In this document: in pieces, positions 40,469 to 53,311 of the stretch
Numbering within the stretch: position 1 is the stretch's first letter
How the letters are laid out: every line of letters begins with the position of its first letter
Notes under the pieces: generated by a model
Database searches by the model: none
Seen by the model: only the letters and a program-made list of their open reading frames with translations
Told to the model about the DNA's origin: nothing
Translations under genes and position numbers: made by a program
Origin: Arenicellales bacterium
GTDB lineage: Bacteria > Pseudomonadota > Gammaproteobacteria > Arenicellales > JAHEKD01
Assembly: GCA_965204695.1 (NCBI GenBank)
Contig: OZ242007.1
Span: 296,480-360,479, forward strand
Length of the DNA stretch: 64,000 nt
Direction of reading: 5' to 3'

Positions 40469-40846
40469 CTAAGCCGAATAACCGATAATCCAAACCAGTA
40501 TGGTTAAAACGCCCGCACCCGCCAAAGTTAGATAACCACTGGTATATACGGATTTCATCTCAAATCCTTTGCCCATGTCCCAATACAAATGCCTAATGCC
40601 ATTAAGCAAATGGTAAAAAAGCGAAAAAGTCCAGCCTAGTAATAGAAGCTGACCTATAAATGAACCTATAAATGACTTTACTCCGGAAAAATCGTCGACG
40701 CCTGTTGCCAAGGAAATAATCCAGACGCTTAACAAAATAGTTCCCATGGTCAGAAAAACCCCTGTTGCCCGATGAAATATAGACATCAGAGCTGGCAAAG
40801 GCAATTTATAGACTTGTAAATGAGGTGATAACGGTCTGTTGTCCAT
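40469..40846 (-). CDS. sdhC: SDH cytochrome b556 subunit
   Basis: RPLSPHLQVY, SIFHRATG, HLLNGIRHL.WD. Confidence 0.95.
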   Translation of the reverse strand: MDNRPLSPHLQVYKLPLPALMSIFHRATGVFLTMGTILLSVWIISLATGVDDFSGVKSFIGSFIGQLLLLGWTFSLFYHLLNGIRHLYWDMGKGFEMKSVYTSGYLTLAGAGVLTILVWIIGYSA

Positions 40847-40872
40847 GTGCTGGTGACACTCAGTATTTAAGG

Positions 40873-41064
40873 TTAAAAATCAATACAACGCCCGGCGATT
40901 TCCCAATCGCCATAGCGAGTAGGCTCGACAGTTTTTTCATAACCGCCTGTTTCTTTTTCTCGCTCACCGTCTTCCTGTGTTAGGGATGACTTTGGGCTTG
41001 ATGGCTTATGCAAAGTGATAATGGGTTCATCATCCTTGCTAACAGTTTTATCTGCTTGATTCAT
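40873..41064 (-). CDS. DUF1674 (SdhAF4/Sdh8-like) SDH assembly factor
   Basis: C-terminal EPTRYGDWE..GRCIDF; directly upstream of sdhC. Confidence 0.85.
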   Translation of the reverse strand: MNQADKTVSKDDEPIITLHKPSSPKSSLTQEDGEREKETGGYEKTVEPTRYGDWEIAGRCIDF

Positions 41065-41156
41065 AGACTGGCACTATAGCTGTTCTTAAATTTCACATCA
41101 ACTCTTAGACACTAATTGTGACTATAATTCAAAGCTAGTTAATATTGAAATTACAG

Positions 41157-41987
41157 ATGAAAATCGACCCGAATCAACAAAACTCTGTACTTGAATTATC
41201 TGAACTGACCTTGATAAAGGTTAGCGGCAGTGATGCACTGACTTTTTTAAACAATCAGTTCACTAACGACATTAATCACTTAGGCGAAAACGATTGGCAG
41301 TTTAATGGTTATTGCACCGCCAAGGGGCGGTTGATCGCAATAATGCGATTATTTCGAAAAGACGATGATATTTATCTAATCGTACCAAAATCCATAGCAG
41401 AAACCTTGCTTCAACGCCTGCAGATTTATGTTTTCAGGGCAAAGGTGAACTTTGAACAACTGGGACAACATATATATGCCTACCTGGGCACAGAAAGCCA
41501 ACAAATCAATGATCCCATGACAACTACTGGGCAGTTCAGGCAGACTGATTATGGTTTTCTTATTAACGTATCTGAATCAGAGCAACGTTATTTACAGTTC
41601 AGTGACAAGAAAATGAACCAAACTTATAACTTTGTTGATGGAGAACTTGCTGATCTTTACTGGCGCTTATCAGAAATCAACGAGTCAATCCCAACAGTTT
41701 TTGTCAGCAGTTTGGAAAAATTCATCCCCCAACATGTGAATTTAGATTTAATTGGGGGTGTAAGTTTCAAAAAAGGTTGCTTCCCGGGCCAAGAAGTCGT
41801 CGCACGGCTGCATTATCTGGGTAAATCAAAGCAGTCAATGCGAAAGATGACTTTGACATCAGCCAATCAACTAAATCCTGGTGATTCGCAGTCAAATCCA
41901 GAAACCCAAAAACCATTAACCATTGTTGATGCAGTACAAATTAGCAACCACAACCATTCATGCTTGGTTGTCGGACAATTCGAATAA
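41157..41987 (+). CDS. ygfZ: Folate-binding Fe-S repair protein YgfZ
   Basis: G.DA..FL..Q.TND, KGR, FKKGCFPGQEVVAR. Confidence 0.92.
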   Translation: MKIDPNQQNSVLELSELTLIKVSGSDALTFLNNQFTNDINHLGENDWQFNGYCTAKGRLIAIMRLFRKDDDIYLIVPKSIAETLLQRLQIYVFRAKVNFEQLGQHIYAYLGTESQQINDPMTTTGQFRQTDYGFLINVSESEQRYLQFSDKKMNQTYNFVDGELADLYWRLSEINESIPTVFVSSLEKFIPQHVNLDLIGGVSFKKGCFPGQEVVARLHYLGKSKQSMRKMTLTSANQLNPGDSQSNPETQKPLTIVDAVQISNHNHSCLVVGQFE

Positions 41988-41999
41988 GGCAGGTGATTC

Positions 42000-42305
42000 A
42001 TGACTATTTACAATTTCTTTTATAAGCGTCCGTTTCTAACTTTTCTAATGTTGCTGGGATCCGGTCTAGCCTTTGGTGCCATGACGATTAATATATTCAG
42101 GCTTGTCGCCGCAAATTGGAAATTTATCACCACCTATGGATTAACGGCCCTGCATGATGGTGGCTTACAACAAGCCTTTGAAATCATCTTAACTGGGATG
42201 CTGTCGATGATGGTGTATTTGATTTTTAAGTTTTGTGAACGAGTTTTAATCGACTGGATGCGAGCATTAACACTTCCGGGCTCAACCAAACAAGTAAAAA
42301 CTTAA
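42000..42305 (+). CDS. Small membrane hypothetical protein
   Basis: 101 aa with two hydrophobic segments; AGGTG RBS. Confidence 0.6.
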   Translation: MTIYNFFYKRPFLTFLMLLGSGLAFGAMTINIFRLVAANWKFITTYGLTALHDGGLQQAFEIILTGMLSMMVYLIFKFCERVLIDWMRALTLPGSTKQVKT

Positions 42306-42306
42306 A

Positions 42307-42591
42307 CTATTCTTTTGGTTCTTTTTCTATTATTTGAATAAAGGTTTCGTCCTCTTTCACCAAACCCAACTCTGATCGAGCACGCTCCTCAACGGCCTGG
42401 AGGCCGGTTTGCAGATCAATGACTTCAGCTTTGAGTTCGTCATTACGTTTTTCCAGTTCAAGGTTTTCCAGTTTGGATGCTTGTAGGTTCTGACGAGATT
42501 CCCACAAGTCAATAATGCCATCATTACCAAACCATAAAATCCACTGTGTTAAAGCGATTAGGATGATGAGTGTTAGTAAGACGTAGCGCAT
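42307..42591 (-). CDS. ftsB: Cell division protein FtsB
   Basis: TM segment, LWFG..G, coiled coil, EERARSELGLVK.DETF; downstream of eno. Confidence 0.94.
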   Translation of the reverse strand: MRYVLLTLIILIALTQWILWFGNDGIIDLWESRQNLQASKLENLELEKRNDELKAEVIDLQTGLQAVEERARSELGLVKEDETFIQIIEKEPKE

Positions 42592-42637
42592 TGTTTAGTT
42601 TAGGTCCTCATGACCAGTATAGAGGTAAATAACAAGT

Positions 42638-42717
42638 TTCCCCGGATCTATTCCGGGGTCTTCTTTAAGAAAGTAAGGCATCAAGTTTGGGAGATCCCGG
42701 ATCAAGTCCGGGATGAA
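42638..42717. repeat. Inverted pair of REP-like palindromes between eno and ftsB
   Basis: TTCCCCGGATCTATTCCGGGGTCT (42638-42661) and AGATCCCGGATCAAGTCCGGGATGAA (42692-42717). Confidence 0.7.
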
Positions 42718-42743
42718 GATGAATAATTTATGTAATAAATTAT

Positions 42744-46533
<3,790 letters not shown>

Positions 46534-46659
46534 TTAGTTAAAATTATGTCTTAAAGTAGAAAGTAGAATAAATGAGGCAAAATTCTACTAGCTCCGGACG
46601 GGAGTAAAGCTTACCAAAATTATGCATTAAGGTATAGCAATTGGACTCAATAAACTAAA

Positions 46660-46994
46660 TTTATTAACGTTCGCGTCAGCGACAGAAGACCACGGGCTTG
46701 TCCCGGCTCATCAACACAATAACTCAATGCCGGGGCTTGTCCCGACCCTTCAGCACTATAACTAAATGCCGGGCTTGCGAGGGACCTGCTGTGCTGTTAG
46801 AACCTGCCAAGTCAGTGATGTACCTGAGCTCGTTTTGACGTACATGCTGAAACAGATCGGGATAACTGAAAAAACGGAGAAATTAGAGATGCGAGAGATC
46901 TCCTAACTACTATTCAAATCGGGATAACTGAAAGAGAGGAGAAATTAGAGATGTCCATGGATAAATGAGTGTATGTAGATTGAACATGACACAT
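46660..46994 (-). repeat. Repeat family A, copy 3 (with two internal duplications)
   Basis: Reverse complement of copy 1; the segments GGGCTTGTCCCG...ATAACT.AATGCCGG and ATCGGGATAACTGAAA...GGAGAAATTAGAGATG each occur twice. Confidence 0.8.
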
Positions 46995-47004
46995 CGTAGA
47001 GGTG

Positions 47005-48531
47005 TCATGTCACATCTCCGGGCACCTCTTTTTCACGTTTGGCAATATATTCGAGTAGTGCTTCATCTATTGCCGGGTCTAAATCAGGTTGCTGGTAACT
47101 TTTCAGTTGTTTATCAGCATAGGCAAGCGCTCTTTGTGTAATTTCTTTTTCACCTTCTACCTGCCATTGTTCAAAGGAATTATTATCAAATAATTTGGGC
47201 ATGAAGAATGCGGTTTCAAAGTTTGATTGCGTATAAGGATGGCCTAGATAATGGCCACCAGGGCCAATGTCAGGCACGGCAGCTAGTGCCTCGTCAAAAT
47301 CGTCCCATTTAACCCCTTCAGTCATCCGGTAGGCCATGGCACATTGTTCGGCATCAACAACAAACTTAGCCATAGAAACATGCATTCCGGCTTCATTCCA
47401 ACCCGCTGAGTGCCAAATATAATTTGCACCGGCATGGCAAACTGCCATTAAAGTTGTCGCACTCTCATAACCAGCTTGTGCATCAAACGTTTTAGCTCCA
47501 CCCAGTGTATTTGAGGTTCTCCATGGAACATTGTAATAACGTGCCATTTGACCGATTAAATAATTCATTAAACTAATCTCTGGTGTACCAGCCATTGGTG
47601 CACCGGATTGCATTGAGACGGTGGATAAATAGTGCCCGTAAATTGCGGGGGCACCCTTTCTTACAACCTGTGTATAAGACAAAGCAGATAGGGCTTCAGC
47701 ATTCAATTGTGCCACAGTTGCAGCAGTTGAAGCCGGGGTGTTGGCACCACCTAAAACAAAGGGTGAACATAATACAGGTTGCATATTACGACTAAACGCT
47801 CGTAAAGCTCCCAACATGGTTTCATCCCAAACTAAGGGTGAATTACCATTAACATTACCAGTAGTAACCGGATGGGTTTCTAGATAATCCTCTCCGAACA
47901 TGATTTTGCACATATCAATCACGTCTTCAGCACGCTCACCGGACGTGGTCATTCCCATAAAAGTTTTATCGGAATGTTTCATTGAAGAATAAGTGATCCA
48001 TAAATGGCGGTGCCCAACTGCAATATCCATAGGCTCACAGATTACATGTGCAGTAGAATGCAAAGCAGGCAAGATATGCGACAGTTTGTGAAAATCGTTC
48101 AAGTCCTTGAGAGTACCCCAACGACGTTGATCCTCCAGGTCACGTATAAACGGTGCTCCGGTCATTGGCACAAATATCGATTTGCCATTCCCTAGTGACA
48201 CTGTTTTTTCGGGATCACGAGCATGGAGAGTAATTTCAGAGGGGATTGACTTAATTAAGTCCATGACCAAACCTCTGTCAAGGAAAACTCGTTCACCGAC
48301 TACTTTGGCTCCAGCGTCTTGCCAATCTTTTAATGCCGTAGGATCACGAAAATCGACACCAACATTTTCAAGAATATCCATTGACGCATTGTGAATACGC
48401 TCTATTTGCCCCTCAGATGCTGGTTCAACATAAGGTATACCACGAACCAAGTTTGGCAACATATTTTCGACTTTGTTTTGTCTTAATTGGCGACGTGCGC
48501 CACGTCCACCACGGCGAGCTTTCTCTTCCAT
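47005..48531 (-). CDS. MttB-superfamily (trimethylamine methyltransferase-like, non-pyrrolysine) methyltransferase
   Basis: IERIHNASMDILENVG, NGNSPLVWD, GAPMAGTPE, DAQAGYES, GPGGHYLGH; uninterrupted ORF. Confidence 0.9.
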   Translation of the reverse strand: MEEKARRGGRGARRQLRQNKVENMLPNLVRGIPYVEPASEGQIERIHNASMDILENVGVDFRDPTALKDWQDAGAKVVGERVFLDRGLVMDLIKSIPSEITLHARDPEKTVSLGNGKSIFVPMTGAPFIRDLEDQRRWGTLKDLNDFHKLSHILPALHSTAHVICEPMDIAVGHRHLWITYSSMKHSDKTFMGMTTSGERAEDVIDMCKIMFGEDYLETHPVTTGNVNGNSPLVWDETMLGALRAFSRNMQPVLCSPFVLGGANTPASTAATVAQLNAEALSALSYTQVVRKGAPAIYGHYLSTVSMQSGAPMAGTPEISLMNYLIGQMARYYNVPWRTSNTLGGAKTFDAQAGYESATTLMAVCHAGANYIWHSAGWNEAGMHVSMAKFVVDAEQCAMAYRMTEGVKWDDFDEALAAVPDIGPGGHYLGHPYTQSNFETAFFMPKLFDNNSFEQWQVEGEKEITQRALAYADKQLKSYQQPDLDPAIDEALLEYIAKREKEVPGDVT

Positions 48532-48541
48532 TTATTCACCA

Positions 48542-48574
48542 TTGAATACAATTTGTATACATAATATTGTACAC
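48542..48574. promoter_or_regulatory. Tandem GntR/FadR-type operator sites upstream of the mttB-like gene
   Basis: TTGAATACAA (48542-48551) and TTGTATACAT (48553-48562), each 9/10 to TTGTATACAA at 51654; partial third site TTGTACAC. Confidence 0.65.
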
Positions 48575-48702
48575 CCAGGATATTGGAAAGAAAATAAAAA
48601 TTTAAGCCTGTCCCGAGGAGTTTACAACGAGGAAACTCCTTATGACTTTTAGGGACTTAAGTGAAGAAAATTTTTATCGAATCTTTAGCAAACTCATGGA
48701 AA

Positions 48703-48747
48703 TCCAACCACTACGGTTTTGATACCCGAATGGGTGCGGGATAACAG
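48703..48747. repeat. REP-like family C, copy 1
   Basis: CCCGAATGGGTGCGGGAT(A/G)ACAG shared with 50794-50816 and, inverted, with 54827-54846. Confidence 0.7.
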
Positions 48748-48750
48748 TTG

Positions 48751-49857
48751 TCAACCAAATGATAAAACCGGTTCACCAAATAAAGCAGTATTAGGATTAA
48801 TGCCTAAACCTGGCCCCTGCGGCACTTTAATATATCCCTGCTCTATTTTAATTGGGTTTATATCATCATAATGATGCTCAATATAAGGCTGAGCAAGCCA
48901 TACACCTTCTAACAATCTCGGTTGAATTGTTGCACCAATATGTACACAAGCGGCAGCAATAATGTCTCCTCCCCAAGAATCATCACAAGTATGAGACATC
49001 GATCTAGCTTGGCAAATTTCCCTAGCAGTACGCATATTGGTTAAGCCACCCAGGCGCGTAATCTTGAAGCCAAAGCCATCACACAAACCAGATCCAACTG
49101 CATCCAGGACAATGTTCAAGTTTTCCGTATTTTCATCCAGATAAACCGGGTGGTTGAGTTGTGAGCGAATCGAGGCAATCTCTTGAACCGTATTACAAGG
49201 CTGTTCAAGGATAATCGGAATGTCTCGACAAGCATTCGAAAAGATTATTGTATCTTTGCTAGTCCAACCTCGATTTGCATCTGCAGCGAGACGAACTTTA
49301 CCTCCGACTCTTTCAAAAACTTTTTTAACAACTTCAATATCAATTTGCACGTCTCTACCGCCAACTTTTATTTGCAAACGGGGAAAGCCTTCGTTAACTT
49401 TTTCTTCAGCGATTAGAGCTACTTCGTCCGCTTCGCCTACCCCCGTAGCATAATAGGATGGCACAGAATCAAAATGACTCCCGCCCAGCAAGTCGCAAAC
49501 TCTAGAATTAAAATGTTTCCCCATCAAATCATATAAAGCGATATCGATAACGGCTTTTGCATAATTATGACCATTGAGATTGGAATCCATGATTTGACAG
49601 ATATTGGAAACCAACAATGGATTCTCACCAATTAAGGCGACAGCTATTTGCTCTAGGGCTGCTCTGGCTCCCAATGCATGTTGAGGTTGATATGTCGGGC
49701 CGACCGGGCAGGTTTCGCCATAGCCTTTTAAACCTGTATCAGTGACAAGCTGAACAATAGTTGTGTCTAATGCGTCAACCCAGGCATTGGCCATTTTATA
49801 AGGACCATTCTTTACTGGAAGATCGTGCTGATAAACATGGATTTCAGTTATTTTCAT
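48751..49857 (-). CDS. hpbD: HpbD-like 4-hydroxyproline-betaine 2-epimerase / proline-betaine racemase
   Basis: [20 protein letters not shown], Qx[21 protein letters not shown]; closely recalls characterised HpbD sequences (from memory). Confidence 0.75.
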   Translation of the reverse strand: MKITEIHVYQHDLPVKNGPYKMANAWVDALDTTIVQLVTDTGLKGYGETCPVGPTYQPQHALGARAALEQIAVALIGENPLLVSNICQIMDSNLNGHNYAKAVIDIALYDLMGKHFNSRVCDLLGGSHFDSVPSYYATGVGEADEVALIAEEKVNEGFPRLQIKVGGRDVQIDIEVVKKVFERVGGKVRLAADANRGWTSKDTIIFSNACRDIPIILEQPCNTVQEIASIRSQLNHPVYLDENTENLNIVLDAVGSGLCDGFGFKITRLGGLTNMRTAREICQARSMSHTCDDSWGGDIIAAACVHIGATIQPRLLEGVWLAQPYIEHHYDDINPIKIEQGYIKVPQGPGLGINPNTALFGEPVLSFG

Positions 49858-50585
49858 GGTAGAGAAAGCTTGGATGTGCGCCCACCGTCAACAGTATATA
49901 TTTGGCCGGTTATAAAACTCGCCTGATTACTAGCTAAAAAATATACCAGTTTTGCGACTTCTTTAGGGGATCCGGTGCGGGCCAGTGGGTGAATTTTACC
50001 AATCGATTTGCGAAAAGCTGTTGGATCATCCATAGATTCAATAAAGGCTTCGTTAAGTTCAGTATCGATCCAGCCGGGTGCAACCGCATTGCAACGAATA
50101 CCATCAGCACCGTTGTCAACAGCAACAGCTTGGGTAAGACCATGCAACCCTGCCTTTGAGGCACAATATGCCGTATGCTTGGGATTTGAACCTAATCCCT
50201 CAATCGAACCGATGTTAACGATGGATCCTTTTGACTGGCGCAGATGTGGCAAAGCATGTTTAATCAATAAAAATGGGATGGTCAGATTAATGGTTATAGT
50301 TTTCTGCCACTGTTCTAATGTCATTTCTTCAGCAGTTGCCTCGTACATTACTCCGGCATTATTTATCAATACATCAAGCTGACCTGCCTGATCAATAACC
50401 TCACGAATCACCTTTTCCGGTACATCAGTATCAGTAAAATCTGCTTGGATAGAAGTGAAATCTTCAATAGTTCCTCGCTGTGCTGTGACAACTGTTGCGC
50501 CTTGTGTTTTAAATTCTTCAGCACAAGCAAACCCTATGCCTCTTGAGGCGCCTGTAATTAAGACTGTTTTGTTTTTGAAGTTCAT
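49854..50585 (-). CDS. SDR-family oxidoreductase
   Basis: [23 protein letters not shown]. Confidence 0.9.
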   Translation of the reverse strand: MNFKNKTVLITGASRGIGFACAEEFKTQGATVVTAQRGTIEDFTSIQADFTDTDVPEKVIREVIDQAGQLDVLINNAGVMYEATAEEMTLEQWQKTITINLTIPFLLIKHALPHLRQSKGSIVNIGSIEGLGSNPKHTAYCASKAGLHGLTQAVAVDNGADGIRCNAVAPGWIDTELNEAFIESMDDPTAFRKSIGKIHPLARTGSPKEVAKLVYFLASNQASFITGQIYTVDGGRTSKLSLP

Positions 50586-50612
50586 TAGATTAATTTTATT
50601 AAGTTACTACTT

Positions 50613-50816
50613 GTCATCCCGAGCATAGTCAAGGGATCTTTTGATAACCACTTGAGCACTGACAATTACTCAAAGTGATGTAATACCGACTTGCTTTAAT
50701 CCATTTCACCAACAAACAAAACTGGTTATTCACCTAGATTCCTCCGCTACGGTCAAATGACATGTAGTAGAGACCCCTCGGCAAGCTTTTGTCCCCGAAT
50801 GGGTGCGGGATGACAG
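50613..50816. repeat. Cluster of REP-like palindromes (includes family C copy 2)
   Basis: GTCATCCCGAGCATAGTCAAGGGATCT; AGATTCCTCCGCTACGGTCAAATGACA; CCCGAATGGGTGCGGGATGACAG. Confidence 0.65.
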
Positions 50817-50823
50817 TTCTTTT

Positions 50824-51594
50824 TTAATATACCGGCTTAGCACCATTAACCTCAACACATGCTCCACACATATAACTCGATTCATCTGAGGCTAAAAATG
50901 CCACGACATCAGCAATTTCTTGTGGCTGAGCAATTCGGCCAATCGGAACCGATTCATTTAAAATATCAACAGCTTTATCCGGATCAAGTCCACGAATTTC
51001 AAACCCAGTTCTAAGCATTGGAGTATCTACTTCGTTAGGACAGACAGCATTAACTCTTATATTTTGATGAGCATGATCACGGCCAAGGCATTTTGTCATG
51101 GTCGCCAGTGCACTTTTAGTTGCACAATAAATCACATGATCCGGTCCAGGATATAACCCCCAACAAGAAGCAGTATTGATAATTTTGCCACCACCAGCCG
51201 CAGCCATAATTGGAATTGCTGCACGACAGATTCTGAATGGCGCTTCTACGTTAATCTCAAAAGATAGCGTGTAATCCTCATCTGTTGCCTGTGTTATCGC
51301 TCCTCTGCGCATTAGTCCGGCATTATTAACCACGATATCCAATCGACCAAAGGCTTCGATTGCCTTTTCTGGAAGTGTATCGCAATAATTTTTATCAGTT
51401 AGATCCCCGCTTGAGATTTCGGCTTTTACGCTAGATGCTCGCAAGTCTGAGGCAAGTTTACTCAAACCATCTACCGAAGTATCCGCTAAAAATAAATCGG
51501 CACCTTGCGAGGCTAATGTTTGAGCAATTACTCTGCCCATACCCCCCGTAGCTCCAGTTAGCAAAGCCACTTGTTTTTTAAATCGGCTCAACAT
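50824..51594 (-). CDS. SDR-family oxidoreductase
   Basis: TGATGGMG, NNAG, YCATK, NAVCPNEVDT. Confidence 0.9.
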   Translation of the reverse strand: MLSRFKKQVALLTGATGGMGRVIAQTLASQGADLFLADTSVDGLSKLASDLRASSVKAEISSGDLTDKNYCDTLPEKAIEAFGRLDIVVNNAGLMRRGAITQATDEDYTLSFEINVEAPFRICRAAIPIMAAAGGGKIINTASCWGLYPGPDHVIYCATKSALATMTKCLGRDHAHQNIRVNAVCPNEVDTPMLRTGFEIRGLDPDKAVDILNESVPIGRIAQPQEIADVVAFLASDESSYMCGACVEVNGAKPVY

Positions 51595-51653
51595 TCACTC
51601 CAACAGTTAAAAAATACTAATGACATCTGAATCTTATAATAATATAATACTTG

Positions 51654-51663
51654 TTGTATACAA
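51654..51663. promoter_or_regulatory. GntR/FadR-type operator in the divergent promoter
   Basis: Perfect palindrome TTGTATACAA between the SDR gene and the gntR-family gene. Confidence 0.7.
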
Positions 51664-51680
51664 TTATTAATGACTTCTCT

Positions 51681-52373
51681 ATGTCTACAAATAGTAAAGA
51701 TACTCTTTATCAAGATTTAAAGAAACGAATTCTAACACTGGATTTGGAGCCAGGCACAGATCTTGATGAAGTCAAAATTAGCGGCGAGTATGGCTTATCC
51801 AGAACACCAGTTCGGGAAGTCTTTCGCCGTCTCGCTGGTGAAGGCTATATCGAAATTATCAATAACAAAGGTGCTTCTGTTTCGTCAATGAATCATAAAA
51901 CATTGCGCGATTTCTATTTGGTTGCGCCATTGATTTATTCAACTATTGGACGTTTAGCTGTGCAAAACTCAAGTGAAAAACAGATTAAAGAATTAAAAGT
52001 TGCTCAATCAAAATTCAAGCAAGCTGTCAAAGCTAATAACCCGGACAAAATGGCCTTTTACAATGATTGCTTTCACTCTATCACTGGAGAAATGGCTGAC
52101 AACAAATATATCCAACCTAGCTTGCAGCGCCTTTTAATCGACCATGCTCGCATAGCACAAACATTTTATCGCCCTAAAGATGCAAAAATGCAGAAATATC
52201 TAAATCAGGCGGTAAAACAACATGATCAAATTATCAAAGCTATTGAGGACGGTGACGAGAATAGAGCTGCCTCAATTTCACTCGAACATTGGGAACTATC
52301 ACGTAAACGTATGGAAATGTTTGTGATCCCGGATGCATTGCCATTTGAACCAGTCCTGGTTGCGAATGCTTAA
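51681..52373 (+). CDS. GntR-family (FCD) transcriptional regulator
   Basis: LKKRILTLDLEPG, GLSRTPVRE, FH...ADN, H..II.AI. Confidence 0.92.
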   Translation: MSTNSKDTLYQDLKKRILTLDLEPGTDLDEVKISGEYGLSRTPVREVFRRLAGEGYIEIINNKGASVSSMNHKTLRDFYLVAPLIYSTIGRLAVQNSSEKQIKELKVAQSKFKQAVKANNPDKMAFYNDCFHSITGEMADNKYIQPSLQRLLIDHARIAQTFYRPKDAKMQKYLNQAVKQHDQIIKAIEDGDENRAASISLEHWELSRKRMEMFVIPDALPFEPVLVANA

Positions 52374-52396
52374 CCATTTATCTTATGAGGTAAAAA

Positions 52397-53311
52397 ATGC
52401 GTTTTGAAGGTATTTACACCCCGGTAATAACCCCTTATCTGCCGGACCAAAGCATTGATAAAAATGCTTTCTCAGAAGTCGTTGATCATTTAATTGACTC
52501 GGGTGTTCATGGGTTAATTGTAGCCGGTACAACTGGTGAGTATTACGCCCAAAGCTATGAAGAGCGGGTCGAATTGATGAAGCTGGCGAATGCCCAAATC
52601 AAAGACCGGGTGCCATTAATTGTTGGCACCGGTGCATTGCGTACCGAGGAATCAATCGCTTTTGCTCAAGCTGCAAAAGAGAATGGTGCCAGTTGTCTAC
52701 TGGTCGCAACACCGCCCTACTCGATTCCAACCGAGCGCGAAAATGCGTTGCATGCCCTTGCTATCGATCGGGCCGCAAAGTTACCAATTATGCTTTATAA
52801 CTACCCAGGACGAATGGGAGCTATGATGGGTGAAGAATATCTCGACCGGGTTGGACGCTCTCCGAATTTTTGTGCAATTAAAGAAAGCTCTGGTGACATC
52901 AACCGAGTGCATTTATTAGCCCGTGATTATCCACATATTCAACTCTCTTGTGGCATGGACGACCAGGCACTGGAATTCTTCGCCTGGGGTGCTCGTAGTT
53001 GGGTCTGCGCCGGCTCTAACTTTTTGCCCAAAGAACATATCGCCTTATATCAAGCTTGCGCCGTTGATGGAGACTTCGATAAAGGCAGACGCATTATGTC
53101 GGCAATGATGCCTCTGATGCGTGTATTAGAACAAGGCGGCAAATTTGTTCAATGTGTTAAACACGGTGTAGAGATGAATGGTTTATCAGCCGGTGAACCA
53201 CGCAAGCCACTCAAACATCTAAACAAAGATGACAAACGTCAACTGGAACAAGTCGTACGAACGTTGAAAACGACCATTGCAAAAATTCAAGCTGAAGGAC
53301 AATCATCATGA
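52397..53311 (+). CDS. DapA/NAL-family lyase or deaminase (catabolic; HypD-like)
   Basis: GTTGEY, LYNYPGR, IKESSGD, CGMDD. Confidence 0.85.
   Translation: MRFEGIYTPVITPYLPDQSIDKNAFSEVVDHLIDSGVHGLIVAGTTGEYYAQSYEERVELMKLANAQIKDRVPLIVGTGALRTEESIAFAQAAKENGASCLLVATPPYSIPTERENALHALAIDRAAKLPIMLYNYPGRMGAMMGEEYLDRVGRSPNFCAIKESSGDINRVHLLARDYPHIQLSCGMDDQALEFFAWGARSWVCAGSNFLPKEHIALYQACAVDGDFDKGRRIMSAMMPLMRVLEQGGKFVQCVKHGVEMNGLSAGEPRKPLKHLNKDDKRQLEQVVRTLKTTIAKIQAEGQSS

Noticed and set aside
47005-48531. Pyrrolysine-containing MttB
   Set aside because: No in-frame TAG; the ORF is continuous.
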